Below are positions 1 to 12,800 of a stretch of DNA of 63,859 nucleotides, in pieces. The stretch comes from Gracilinanus agilis (lineage: Eukaryota), in the NCBI RefSeq assembly GCF_016433145.1, contig NC_058134.1:282446639-282510497 (forward strand), written 5' to 3'. The first letter of the stretch is position 1. Each line of letters begins with the position of its first letter. The notes beneath the pieces were generated by a model. That model did not search any database and was not told the origin of the DNA. It worked only from the letters and a program-made list of their open reading frames with translations. A program made the position numbers and the translations under genes.

Positions 1-366
1 TTGGAACTTGAATACTTTCTTTTTTGGCTGCTTGCAGTATTTTTTCCCCCTTTTACCTGGAAGCTCTGGGTTTGGGGTATGATGTTACTAGAAGTTTTAA
101 CTTGAGGGTTTCTTTCAAGAGGTGACTGGTGGATTCTTTCTATTTCCACTTTGCTCTCAGGTTCTTAGAGATCTGGACCATTTTAAGATTTCTTGAAATA
201 TAATGTCGAGGTCTCCCCCCCCCTTTTTTTTGCTCATTCGGGTAGTCTAATCTTACTTTGTTTCTCTTCAAACTGTTTCCCAGGTCATTTGTTTTTGCTA
301 TGAGATATTTTACATTTTCTTCTACTTTTTCAATTTTTTGACTTCATTTTTTTTTTTTACATTTTT

Positions 367-658
367 AAACCCTTAACTTCTGTGTATTGGCTCCTAGGTA
401 GAAGAGTGGTAAGGGTGGGCAATGGGGGTCAAGTGACTTGCCCAGGGTCACAAAGCTGGGAAGTGTCTGAGGCCAGATTTTTTTTTTTAACCCTTGTACT
501 TCGGTGTATTGTCTCATAGGTGGAAGAGTGGTAAGGGTGGGCAATGGGGGTCAAGTGACTTGCTCAGGGTCACACAGCTGGGAAGTGGCTGAGGCCAGAT
601 TTGAACCTAGGACCTCCTGTCTCTAGGCCTGACTCTCAATCCACTCAGCTACCCAGCT
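367..658 (-). mobile_element. Two nested SINE1_Mdo-like SINEs
   Basis: Two tails (aaccctt...tgtattg), shared core, outer TSD ttttgacttcattttt on both sides. Confidence 0.85.
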
Positions 659-1518
659 TTTGACTTCATTTTTAATATTTTTTGTTTCATGGAGTTACTG
701 GCTTCTCTCTGGTCCATTCTGCTTAAGCAAATTTTGTCCCTCTCATGATACGCTGTTAATTTCCTTTCCAATTCTTTCTTTCATAACCCTTGTGTCTTTT
801 CATTTTTTTTCTATGTAGCCCTCTCATTTTGTTGACAAAAACATTAAAAACATTTTTTAACTCTTGCTTCATCTCTTTCTAAGATTCCTGTTAAAACTGA
901 ATTATGCCCATATGGTATATTTCTTTGAGGCTTTGTTTGTTTAGATGGTTGGAATCATTCTCTTTGTAAGTTTTCCTGTCACCATAATGGCATTTTATGG
1001 CGGAGTTCTTTTTTGAGTTTGCGCATTCTTTCATCCCACTTTCTGACTTTGAATTTGATGTTAGGGGAGGGCTCTATTCATTTCTGAAGGGGAGGTCTAA
1101 GTTGGTCCTATTGCTACTTTCTTGAGGTATTGGTTGTTGGGTTATTTCAGGGTCTTAGACTGGAGACCTGCCAGCTTTTAGTGCTCTCAGAATGGTCTGA
1201 GGGTCAAATCTGATTACTGTCACCTTGGCCTGACTGAGCTCTGCAAAGTTCCTGACTTGAATTTGGTTCTTAGCAACAGTAGATCGCTGCTGGACTTAGC
1301 AACCATCATTAGCTAGCTGGAAAACTGCTGGATCAGAGAGACAGGTGTGGGATTACTGCTCAGGATGTTCTTATGTTTAGACTGCTAAAAGCTAGGAACT
1401 GCAAATCTGCTTTACTTTAGGGATTTGAGCTACATTGCTGCAGCTTGCTTTGGAACCTGTTCTTCTCCATAATCTGCACTAGACTGGGGGGAGAAGTGGA
1501 GGCAGAAGTTCCCCTCTC

Positions 1519-2291
1519 TGGATGTGGCCAAATTGGGACATTAATGCATTGCTGGTGGAGTTTTGAACTGATCCAACCATTCTGGCTGGCAATTTTACTA
1601 TGCTCAAAGGGCTATAAAAGAATGCCTGTTGATCCAGCCATACCATTGTTGGGTTTGTACCCCAAAGAGATCATAGATAAACAGACTTGTACGAAAATAT
1701 TTATAGCTGCACTTTTTGTGGTGGCAAAGAACTGGAAAAGGAGGGTATGTCCTTCAATTGGGGAATGGCTGAACAAATTGTGGTGTATGCTGGTGATGGA
1801 ATACTATTGTGCTCAAAGGAATAATAAACTGGAGGAATTCCATGTGAACTGGAAAGACCTCCAGGAACTGATGCAGAGTGAAAGGAACAGAGCCAGAAGA
1901 ACATTGTACACAGAGACCAATACACTGTGATGAAATAGAATGTAATGGACTTCTATACCAGCAGCAATGCAATGACACAGGACAGCTCTGAGGGATTTAT
2001 GGTAAAGAATGCTACCCACATTCAGAGGAAGAACTACAGGAGAGGAAACAGAAGAAAAACAACTGCTTGAACACATGGGTTGAGGCAGACATGATTGGGG
2101 ATGTAGACTAGAAAGCAACTATCAACAATTTGGAAATAGGTCTTGATCAATGACACATGTTAAAACCAGGGGAAATGCACATTGGCTATGGCGGGGGAGG
2201 GGGGGAGGAGAAGGGGGGGTGAAGGGGAAAGTAAGAACATGAATCATGTAACCATGATAACTTTTCTAAAAAATAAAAATTATTTTAAAAA
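1519..2291 (+). mobile_element. 5'-truncated L1 (ORF2 C-terminus + 3'UTR)
   Basis: ORF2-like IFIAALFVVAKNWK...[13 protein letters not shown]-rich 3'UTR, A-tail, 13-bp TSD aagttccc[c/a]tctc at 1506-1518 and 2292-2304. Confidence 0.9.
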
Positions 2292-3689
2292 AAGTTCCCA
2301 TCTCCTTACTCGGCTCTAGGTCATATGTGACCAGAATCTGGGTGGTAGGTGGCAAAGCTGCCACTTGGCACCTGTCCTTGTTCTGGTGCCCTGGATCTAA
2401 GGGTGCCCTGTCTGTGTCTTCTTCTTGTCCTATTGCACAGTTTCTCTCCGAACTGGAATGTTCCCTTTGAACTCCTGGCTAGACCCCCATCCCCAGTGTC
2501 CCCTAACCCATCTATCTCTCCTTGGGCTAGAAAAACTCACTGGATTTCCCTGTTAGGATTCAGTTTGGTGACGTTTCTAGACCTGTTTGGAGGTGTTTTG
2601 GAGAAGAACTCACTGTACTGTTTTCTGTTACTGTGCCATCTTGGCTCTGAGATATGTTCTTCCAGGAGAAAGGATGGGAAGGACTTTATGGTCAAAGATG
2701 ATTGTCTGAACAAGAGGCAGAACCATTCCTTTTCCATATAGATTCCTCAGTGAGTTTTATGGATGTAATAGTACAGTTATTGGTCCTGGAGGTCAAGGCT
2801 ATAACCGATCCTTATGGGAAACTGAAGTATATGGAAGATAAGATTATTTATGTTTGAAAAGACTGATGAATTGGGAAGCCAAGGTGTTTGAAGGGATAGA
2901 AACCCTTACCTCAGATCGCTTTATAGCGATCATCTTATCGGAGCCTTATTGTCTAATTTTGCAGTTGGGGAAACTAAGGCTCAAGAAAGGTTAAGTGCCA
3001 TAACTGTAGTCACAAAAATAGCAAATAATGGGGTGAAATTTGAACCCAAATCCATTACCCATCAATTGTACACTAAGGGTTGTTTGGAAGAGGAAGACTG
3101 TTAGCAACTGAACTTGGAAAATGGAGAACAACTGGGGCGTTTGTGGACAGCTTTAACATGGTACAGTCTGGACAGTAACTTGGCAGAAGGGCAGAGACTG
3201 TCTCCCTTTTGTATTTGTATCTCTGAGTGAGTAGCACACTGCTTGCCCAAGAGTGGGCCCTTAATACATTAATAACTTGATTGATGGCCTAGGACGATAG
3301 GGAGGCCTTCAAAGGAGAGGTTGCTTAGTGATCGCAGCACACAGAGCGCACCATACAAGTGGCAATGAGGCGTCAGTAGGATGGTGGTTGGAGAGAGGGA
3401 GGGAGGGAGGGTGAGAGAGAGAAGGCGGGAGGGAGAGAGGCAGCGAGAGACGGAGAGACAGAGGTGAGGATTAGGGCTGGAGAGGGGTTAAAGTAAGGGG
3501 GGATTTGGGTTAGAGAGAGGAGGAGGGTGCAGGCCATTGATGCAATTTCTTCTGGGAACAGCCAAATTTCCATGAGTACAACAAGATGGAAGGGAAAAAA
3601 GGGGCCAAAAATGAAAGGAGTGTCAGAACGATAGGTACAACAATAAACCTAGGAGCTAAAAGGTAGGCGAAAACCAGGAAGGATGGAGC

Positions 3690-4400
3690 AAATTTAAGAT
3701 CTCGAAGTGCCCGCCCATTCGAGTCATCTATTGGTCACCCTTATGTCAATCATCCCTATTGTTTAAATAAATTGCGGAGGAAGCACGTTGTTGGGGGGCG
3801 GCATCTTCCTGTAGTTGATCTCTTTTCCAATAGGCCAGAGGCAGGCTCCGCCCTCCCTCTCTTGTCAGTTACCAGGAGGGCGTACTTCCTACGCGGACCC
3901 AGACGGCAGCTGAAAGCGGGGGCCCCACCCATTCGGGCTTTGGGTAGGTAGGGGGCGGGTCTTGTTCGCGGCTCCTCCTCCCCAATAGGCTCGGGCGACC
4001 GTCAGTCCTGGGGATAGTTGCCGAAGTGATCACGTGACAAGGCGGTGGCGTGCGGCGACCATGGCGGGAGGAATGAAAGTGGCGCCGCCGCCGCCGGTCT
4101 CTTCCAGGTCCTTGGGTTGGGGCGGCGGCACGGCCTGGTTGCGCTTGCTCCTCGGCGGCTGCCTCGTCTGCAGCACAGGTACTGCCTGGCGTGTCGGTGG
4201 CTGCAGGCTTGGTGCAGCCGCAAAGGGGAGGAGGGTGGTATTTTTAGACCGGGATCGGGTGGCTGGGCTGGTCCCCGGAGCATGGCCGTTACGTTACCCG
4301 CGAGGCCCCGCTGGGGGCGGCCGGGCAGCGGAGAAAGAGAAGAACCGATCCTGGGGCTCCCAGGCGGAAAGTGTGGGAGCCGGGGTTCGAACCCAGGGCT
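3690..4400 (+). promoter_or_regulatory. NEMP1 CpG-island promoter
   Basis: CpG-rich stretch around exon 1. CCAAT boxes at 3730-3734 (reverse), 3827-3831 and 3982-3986; GC box gggggcggg ~3951-3959; E-box CACGTG 4031-4036; E2F-like GC motifs. Confidence 0.75.
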
Positions 4401-6833
4401 CTAGCTAATGGAAGAAGAAGAGAGGCTGGGAGCTCTCGGGTTCCTCCAGATTGAAATCTGTGATGTTATCAAGCATGGGCTGAATACTGGGAGAGGAGGA
4501 GGAGACTACGCAGTTGCTTCTGGAAAGCAGAAGGGAAGGTTATCCCCTCAAAACTGCCCAAGCCGAAAGCAGGGTCCCCCAGCTGTCACCGAGCCTTGAG
4601 CTGAAATGCATCTTCTCCCACGGGTGCTAGGCTCTGGCCTGGGAGGCGGAATTGACTGGAGGCTCACGTTGCATTCTGCTGGAAAGAACTCCAAATGGGG
4701 TACCTTAGGAAGCTAGCCAGGCCTCCTGGAGCCGAAGGAGAAGAGAGTAGTGATAGAGCGCCTGGGCTATCTCTCTCTAGGCAAACGCTCGGGCTTTCAA
4801 AGGCTCTTATCTGGCTTATTCCAGGTATCTCGCACTGAGCAAACCGGAGGCCAGAAAGAGAAAATGACTAAGATATTGGCAAACATTCATTAGATTGTCC
4901 TGTGGAGGAAATAGAAATATTAAAGACTAAGTTCTAACTTTAAGGAGCTTACAGTTTAATATAACAAACGTTTATCAATCATGTACAAGTCACTGCAATC
5001 CTGGGCACCTAGGACACCCCAAAAGCTATACTCTAAGGTAGAGTGTGATGGATCAGATTGGAGATCCATGCAAGGGGTCTGGGAAAATTTAAAGGGGGGG
5101 GCGAGAACACTTTGAGCTTGAGGAATTAGGGATGGCTTCATCAAAGACAGCATCTGAGCTGAACCATGAAATAGGAGAAAGATTTTAACAGATGGGATGA
5201 GGAAGTTGTGAGGGGCCTCCACTGGAGACAACTGAATCTATTACTCAATTGACAAACATATATATAGAGATGATAATTAAACCTAAGGGAATTGATGAGA
5301 TCCACAAGAGAGAGAAGAGAAAGAGGACCCAGGACAGAAACTTGGGCAACATTCACGGATGGGGACATGATTTGGGAATGAGCAATAAAGGAGCCCATGA
5401 ATAATTGGGTATGTAGTATGTGTATGAGGAATGAATGGTGCTGGGAAAACCCAAAGAGCAGAAAGTACCCAGGAAGATAGAGTGGTCAACACAGATGTAA
5501 AGGAGGATGGAGACTGAGAAAAGATCATCAGATTTGGTAATTAAGGCAATTTTCTTTGAGTAATGAGTTCAGAAACCAGATGCAAAGGGTGGTGGAGTGA
5601 GAACAAACCAGTGGTGTCAAACTCAAGTGAAACTGCCCATAAGGAAGTCTGCAGACCACATATTTATTTTAAAATGTAATATCTGTATTTTACTGATTTT
5701 TATTTATTCATAAAATATTTCTCAATTGTGTTTCATTCTGGTTCAGACCATCTAAGGGTTGGGAAGGGACATGCTTGACCTGGTCTAGACAGCTTTTTCT
5801 AGTAATTTAGTTGAGAAAGGGAGTAAGATACAGGATGGTAGATTAAGGGATAGTGGAGTCAGGTGAAAGTTTCATAAGGATGGGGAAGACTTGGGCATAT
5901 TTGAAGGCAGTAGAGCTGAAGCCAACAAGGTAGGGGAAAGTTTAGGATAAGAGGAAGAAGAGAGGGTGATAAAGGAGAAGTTGACCAAAGAAGAGAGTTG
6001 ACAGATTCAAGGTCACATGTAGAGAGAGGGTTGATGGTGGCAAAGAGAAGGGCTACCATATCAGGGGTGAGTGAGGGGTGAGCCAGCAAGAGACTTTGAG
6101 AGGGAAAGAAGGGGAGAAGAGGCCTTGATTTTCTTGGTAAGGTAAGCATTAGTCATGCAAAGTTAGGCTGGAATGGCAGTATAACCACATTGTCAAGAGC
6201 CTTAAATGATTTTTAGGGCAAGCAGCTTCTATAGAGTCAAGAGGCTGAATTAAAGAATGACTGAATGTCAAGGGAAGGGCAGGCAATGAGTGAGGCACTC
6301 TAAAAGATGTAGGAGAGCTGTCAGAGGTTGATGGGATGTGGACAAATACCCATACAAATATTCAGTACACCCAAACCATTAATACTATCTTAGTGTAAGG
6401 GATAGAACATACCCCATAAGGCGCAATAATGACAGTACTGCAAGGGAAAAATGAAAAATTAATTAAAAGCACATCAAAGCAAAGATTCACCCATGTACCT
6501 TTAGCATAATAATTTAGCCAGTCAACCCAGGCCAAAAGAACTATGCCTAGCTTCTCAAAATTAAGTGAGCTACTATAAAACAATACAACAGAACCAATTT
6601 GTATAGCAAAGTAGTGAGAAGATTTTATAGTAGAAGTGAAATGCCTCACGAACTTAATGATAGCTGATTATCCAAAATATGAATTTTAGTTCAACTGTTA
6701 GGTTTTGATCAAAGCATAATTGTAAAGCATAACTTCAACTTAAAAGCTAGTCAGAAGGGGGACAACTCTTTTGACCCAGTAAACAAACTTAGTTAGATGG
6801 TAATGACAAACATTTCTGGCCAGAAAGCTGGAG

Positions 6834-6882
<49 letters not shown>

Positions 6883-9800
6883 TGGAGATGGCCTTACCTC
6901 TCAGTAACATAGACAGTAGGACTCTGAGGAGCTCCAAAAGAGAGAATGTTTGAAACAGCAGAGTAGGAGGTCAGACAGATTTGAGGAGAAGGATCTGCTG
7001 GCAGTGGTGAGAGTAACTATTAAATGGCATGAAGTTGTGGCTGGCCCAGGCAGCCTTTTGTTACTTCTTCTCACAGGCTTCCCCAGCTCCCTGAGTAGGA
7101 GACGTGGAGTATAGATGATGCTAATTGGAATATAAACATAGAAGAGTCATTGAGTGAGTGGTCACTGCCAGCTTGGGGCTTTAGGTCCTGAAGAAAGGCT
7201 ACATGACACTGGAGCAGAGCTTTAGGGAACAGCATGAGCCTACAGAAAGGGGCCCAAGACTTGTTTAGGCTATTGAATAACCTTATTTGACTGAAGCATG
7301 GGGTAAGTTGGAGTATTAGATTGTGCCAGGCCAAATATTTGGGGATTGTTGGAGGTTTAGTCCAGTAACATGTTGTCACCTAGGCATTCCTTTGATAGTA
7401 CTGTATGGGATGGATTAGAGTGGGGTGATTCCTTGAGAAGCTGGGAGATATGAATTGTGATTATTGCCGTACTGCTAGAGACCTGAATTATATATAGGAA
7501 TGGCTGTGGGAATGGTAGGGGTGGTGAAAAAATTCAATCTTGTTACTCCTTTGCTTAAGAGACTTCAATGATTCATTTTCCTCTAGGATAAAATACAAAC
7601 TCTTCAAATTGGTTTATCAAGTCCTTCCCAGTTGAGCCTCTGCCTCTTTTCAGGCTTGGTGTTTTTTTTTTGTTGTTGTTGTTGTTTGTTTGTTTTTTAA
7701 TATTTTATTCCAATTACATGTAAAATCATTAAAAAAAAATTTTTTTTAGTTGTAAATTCTACCTTCCTCTCTTTCCTCCCCTTCCTTGAGAAGGTAAGCA
7801 GTTTGCTCTAGGACATCAATGGTGAACCTTTTAGAAGAGGGGGTGATGTGAGAAATGTCCTCTGGTGCCCATGGAGAGGGAGAGAGGAGCAGCCCAGCCC
7901 CAAATCCCTCTGGCTTTCTAGTAACAAACTCTGGCGAGCTCTGTGTTGGGGCAATGGCAGATGTGCCCACAGAGAGGGCTCTGAATGCTGCCTCTGGTAC
8001 ACATGCCGTAACTTCGCCACCATGGCTCTAGGTTCTACATGTGCAGTTATGCAAAACATATTTTTAAATTAGTCACATTATGAAAGAAAACACAGTGCCT
8101 CCCTCCAAGAAAAATAAAGTTTAAAAAAGTATGCTTTGATCTACATTCACATACCATTCTTTCTCTGGAAGTTCGAGGCATTTTTCATCATAAGTCCTTT
8201 GGATTTATTGTCTTGGATCATTGCCGAGGATAGCCAAGTCATTCACAGTTGATCATTTTTCAGTATTGTTACTGTGTTATGGTTTTTCACTTCATTTTGC
8301 ATCTGTCGATATTCTTTCCTGTTCTTTCTGAAATCATTCTGTTTATCATTCCTTATAGCACAGTAGTATTCCATCACCATTGTATACCACAGTTTGTTCA
8401 GCCATTCCCCGATTGATAATGTGACTAATTTCTCTAATTAATAGTGATTTAGAGCATGTTTTCATATCACTGTGGGTAGCTTTGATTGCTAAATCCGAAA
8501 ACTGCCTGTTCATATCCTTTGACCATTTCTCCACTGCAGGCTTATTTTACGTTGCCTTCTTCACCCTATCTCCATTCCAGCCAGGCAGCCCACCTCGCTG
8601 TTCCTTGAACTCAGTGTCCATCTCCTGCTTCCAGAGAGCATGACAAAGATTTCTGATAGAAATGAGAAAGGAGTTTAAGGGAATGTTATTACACTGTAAG
8701 AAATGACATTGACAGATTCAGAGAAACTTGGGGGTTTACCCAAGACCCAGATGGATGTAAAGGAAAAAAGTTGAGAGGGCCTCCTTGTAGTGGCCAGTTA
8801 AGACATCCCAAGAGGGATGTTGAATTGTGCTTCTTAGGTCTTGACAGAAGGGAAGAAGTAGAGATTCAGAAAGGGTTGCGATGTTTCTCCACACAGCAAA
8901 GTGCTTATCAGGGTGGGCTTCCCCTTTTTGGTAGAGGAGTAAGAACTGATAGGGAGCAATAAAGATTTCATTTATTTTCTAAACCTTTACCTCTTGTCTT
9001 AGTATCAATTCTAAGACAAACAAGCGACAAAGGCTAGGCAGTGGGGGGGAGGGGTTAAGTGACTTGCCCAGGGTCTCACAGCTGGGAAGTGTCTTGAGAC
9101 CAGATTTAAACCCAAGTAGACAGTTTTATGTGCAGCCCTCTTTTCTGTTCTTTGTAAACTGCAGTGTTTATGGTGACATAAAAAAAACAAAAAGGAAGAA
9201 AGAGCACTCGGTGAGGCCTTCCTTGTCAGAGAGGTATTCTGAGGTGGGTGGTAGTACCATTCCTCTTCAAGGTCCTTCTCTTCCTGGTTTCCTGAGGGTC
9301 AGCCTCTCCCATTACCCCTGGTCATCTGTGCTTTCCTCTTCCCCAAACTGCCTGGGCTTACTCTCCTTTCATATGTTCTCTGCTTTGGGGGGCTGGCTCT
9401 CAGCAGCTCTGTTATGATGCCCTTTGTAACCCCCAGAGACTTGTTTGTTGTAGGTGCTAAGTCAGAGGTGGGTAGAATGGATTGGTGCTGGTGCTGGTAA
9501 AAGATAGAAGCAAGAAGACTGGGGAAGGGATGGAATATGTGAAAGCAAGAAAGGAAAGGGGGAACGTTAAATATGCCTCTGCGGTTAGAACCAGAGGTGG
9601 CAAAGAAAATGGTGATGCCATTGAAAGTGTTAGGCGAATCAGAGAGGGCAACAGTATTGATGGAGAAGACTCTTCTGCTTGTGGGGCTCTTTGGTGTTCA
9701 TCATCTCATTTGGTGTTCCAAACCACCATAAGAGGGAAGGCCCACAAGGATTATGATACCCATTTTACAGATGAGGCAACAGGTTAGATCTCATCCCAGA

Positions 9801-12800
9801 ACTAGTAAGTGGAAGAGGCAGAGGTTGAAAAAAAAAACAACCCTCCTACAAATACACTACTTTTCCCCCAGATCATGGTGCCTCAAATTGCAGTAAAGTG
9901 CATGTCCTGTGTGGTACCTTGTAGAACCTTAGCATTTGTTGGCTCAAAGGAGAATGACAGCCAACTGAGCTGGTGATACATAGTTGGGGGAAATGAACAT
10001 GATTATATCAGACCTTTGGGGGTCACTGAGAGTTTTGCACACCAGTTCAGTAGCTGGCCTAGGAGCCAGATTCCAGTCTGTGGTGCAAGGGAAGTTGGAC
10101 CTGAGTGTCTTGATTGCTTTCTGGCACACAGGCCAGCTGTTTGGAGAAGGACAAAACAGTTCCTTGGGTGGAGGAAAGAGGGGAAAGCTTTTGTTTGTCA
10201 TTTGTTTTCAGGGCACTCTGTGCCAATTCTGGGCATCGTGCCAGCTTTTCTCTGTAAACACTAAAGAGTGAACTGTGGACCAGCCTGAGTTAGCAGAGTT
10301 TCCGGCCATAGCCTGTGTGGTGAGCATTTCCAAATATTGGCTCCCTTAGGCTTCCTTGGCACCTTTGCTCTCCTGACCTGCAGAAGCAGGCAAATGCTGA
10401 TTTCTGGAGGATGCTGTGTTGGGGAGGGGTCTTCCTAACTCCTTCCCAACCCCCCAATTGGGGCTGGTGAGAGCCTTTGGCAAATGGAGACTAGATTTTA
10501 TATAGAGAGCCAGCTCTCTATATTTTTGGGGGTCCTGAGTGGTGTTTAATGGCGTCGGATTGAAAAGACAGGAAACAGAAACTGAGAACAGCCAGACTAA
10601 TTGTTTAGCTCATAGCTGCTCCAACTTCATGGAGTTCTTGAGTTTATTTTATACTGGTTTCAAACAAAGAATACAAAGAAAGAGTCATAGCTATGAAGGG
10701 GTTACAAGTCATACACAACCCATTAAAGTCTAAAAAGTAGAGATATAGGTACAAGGACAAGGACCAAATTCCAACCACCAATTAGTAGGGGGTTAATTCT
10801 GGGAGCAGAAACATATTTCATGGAGATTTTTACTAATTGCGTTCTGCCTTGATTTACAGGATTGCACCTGGTCAGATAAGGTCTTGTTTGGCCTTGTCTG
10901 TGTCCAGTCTTGACTATCTAAGTAATATATATATTTTTTTTATTTTAAACAAGAAGTTTATTTAAACAACAAGATGTTTGACTTGAAGGGGAAACTATCT
11001 AGGATCATTTTCTTTATAGTAATTTATCCCTACTGAGAGACAGAGATTGCCCTACATGTAACAGCTACGTACAAAAAAGTTATAAAATCGTCCTTGGTTT
11101 TACAATGATAAAAGAAAAACATNNNNNNNNNNNNNNNNNNNNNNNNNNNNNNNNNNNNNNNNNNNNNNNNNNNNNNNNNNNNNNNNNNNNNNNNNNNNNN
11201 NNNNNNNNNNNNNNNNNNNNNNNNNNNNNNNNNNNNNNNNNNNNNNNNNNNNNNNNNNNNNNNNNNNNNNNNCAGAACCAGTTTGTTTTTCCCCCTCCCC
11301 ATCTCCATTTGATGTTGATCAAAACATACCATCAGCCATTTAGTTAAAAAAAAAAAATACGCATTATGCCTGTGCACATACACCAGTTACTTTATGTACA
11401 ATAAAGGAATGGGGGAAGGGAATCAAAGAAGAGAGAAAACTATACTGCAGTAGTCAGGATGTGAAGGAACCAAATCTTGGTTTTCTAATTGTGAATGTAT
11501 TGTTTTCCTTGGGAGCACAGTTCTGGAGTAGAGTTGCAGGTTCTCTTTTTAGTAAATGCCTCCTGTCTGCTGCTGGAATACATCAATTGTATCTTCATCC
11601 TCCATTTCCAACTGTGCAGGTGTATCTGTTTCATTNNNNNNNNNNNNNNNNNNNNNNNNNNNNNNNNNNNNNNNNNNNNNNNNNNNNNNNNNNNNNNNNN
11701 NNNNNNNNNNNNNNNNNNNNNNNNNNNNNNNNNNNNNNNNNNNNNNNNNNNNNNNNNNNNNNNNNNCTGCCACCTTCAAATTAATGTGGTCGTTGTTTTC
11801 AGTCTTGACTCCTTCCTTCGGCTTTTCGTCGGCCATGGCGAGTCCGGGGGTCTCCTCAGCCGCCGCTTCACAAAAGAGGCACCAGGATGGTCCGCTCCAA
11901 GGGAATGGGGGTAGAAGCAGTAGTGGCAGGAGCAGGAGCAAAAGAAGAATGAGAAGGAAGATGATGGTGATGATGATAGTGAGGACGAAGAAGAGAAGGA
12001 GAAGGACAAGGAGAAGGAGTAGGAGGTGAAGGAGGAGGAAGAGGAAGAGAAGGAGGAGGAGGCAGCGGTGGAGGGACTCTAAGTAATATATTTTTTAGAG
12101 TTCAGGCTTCTTAATTATCAAGGAGAGAAATTGTTAACTCAGTAGCTGCTGGTCTGCTAAGGACTCAAAGCTTTCCAATAAGAATATTGAGAAAAGGTGG
12201 GGATCTAAAAATGAGTCAAAAGAGGAGTCTCAGATTTTTTCCTTAGATGGCCCATTCGGTCTGCTACCTGAAATGTAGTGCAGAAAAATCATACACACAG
12301 TTTTACTTGCCGATGATTTTGTAATGGATCCAGATAAAACATCTATTACAAACTCTTTTTCTCTAAATGACTCCCAATAGCCTCTTGGAGGGGTCAAGTT
12401 GTTTTTGGATTAACCAACCTGCTGGTACCAGAGCTTTTCAGGGCTTAGGTGACCAGGACCAAATACAAAGACTGCCTCAGCCTGGATTGGTCACGTAGGG
12501 AATCCAGATAACAGGCCCTATCCTGACCCTATTTCTCCAATTGGCTCTCTACAATTTTAAAGGGATGGTTTAATTTTGCAGTTTCTCTTTCTTATGCCCA
12601 CAGGCATACATTTTCCTCAGGGCGGCTATGCCATCTAAGGGCTTTTGAAAAAGCTAGTTTAGAGACAAATGGAGCTTCTCTTGACCTAATGCTTTTCAAA
12701 AGGCCTGATGCCATTGCCACATGTTATTTTTATCTTCACTCTTGAGAATATCAGTGGGTTTTAAAATGTGTAAAATTTTTTTAGACACTTACCTTCTATC

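Larger units (their letters stand above)
1..2650 (-). mobile_element. Old L1 5' region (UTR/ORF1-like), interrupted by SINEs and a younger L1
   Basis: L1-type start gagccaagatggc on - strand at ~2635-2648; T-rich degenerate L1-like sequence running to the window start. Confidence 0.55.
10931..12077 (-). pseudogene. SUMO2: SUMO2 processed retrocopy (full-length mRNA copy) antisense in NEMP1 intron 1
   Basis: CDS 11836..11549 (288 nt = 95 aa + TAA): [23 protein letters not shown]-[131 N][28 protein letters not shown]. The gap plus 1 base equals the 44 missing codons, so no room for introns. 5'UTR cctcttttgtgaagcggc, AATAAA on - strand at 10957-10962, poly(A) remnant, 14-bp TSD TCTAAGTAATATAT at 10917-10930 and 12078-12091. 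The symbol refers to the parent gene. Confidence 0.92.

Noticed and set aside
1445-1930. 161-aa reverse-transcriptase-family-like ORF (also 28153-28713 and 32315-32554)
   Set aside because: C-terminal fragments of 5'-truncated L1 ORF2, not host genes.
10500-10523. 10-11 bp hairpin atatagagagc-ca-gctctctatat
   Set aside because: Short and low-complexity; plausible by chance.
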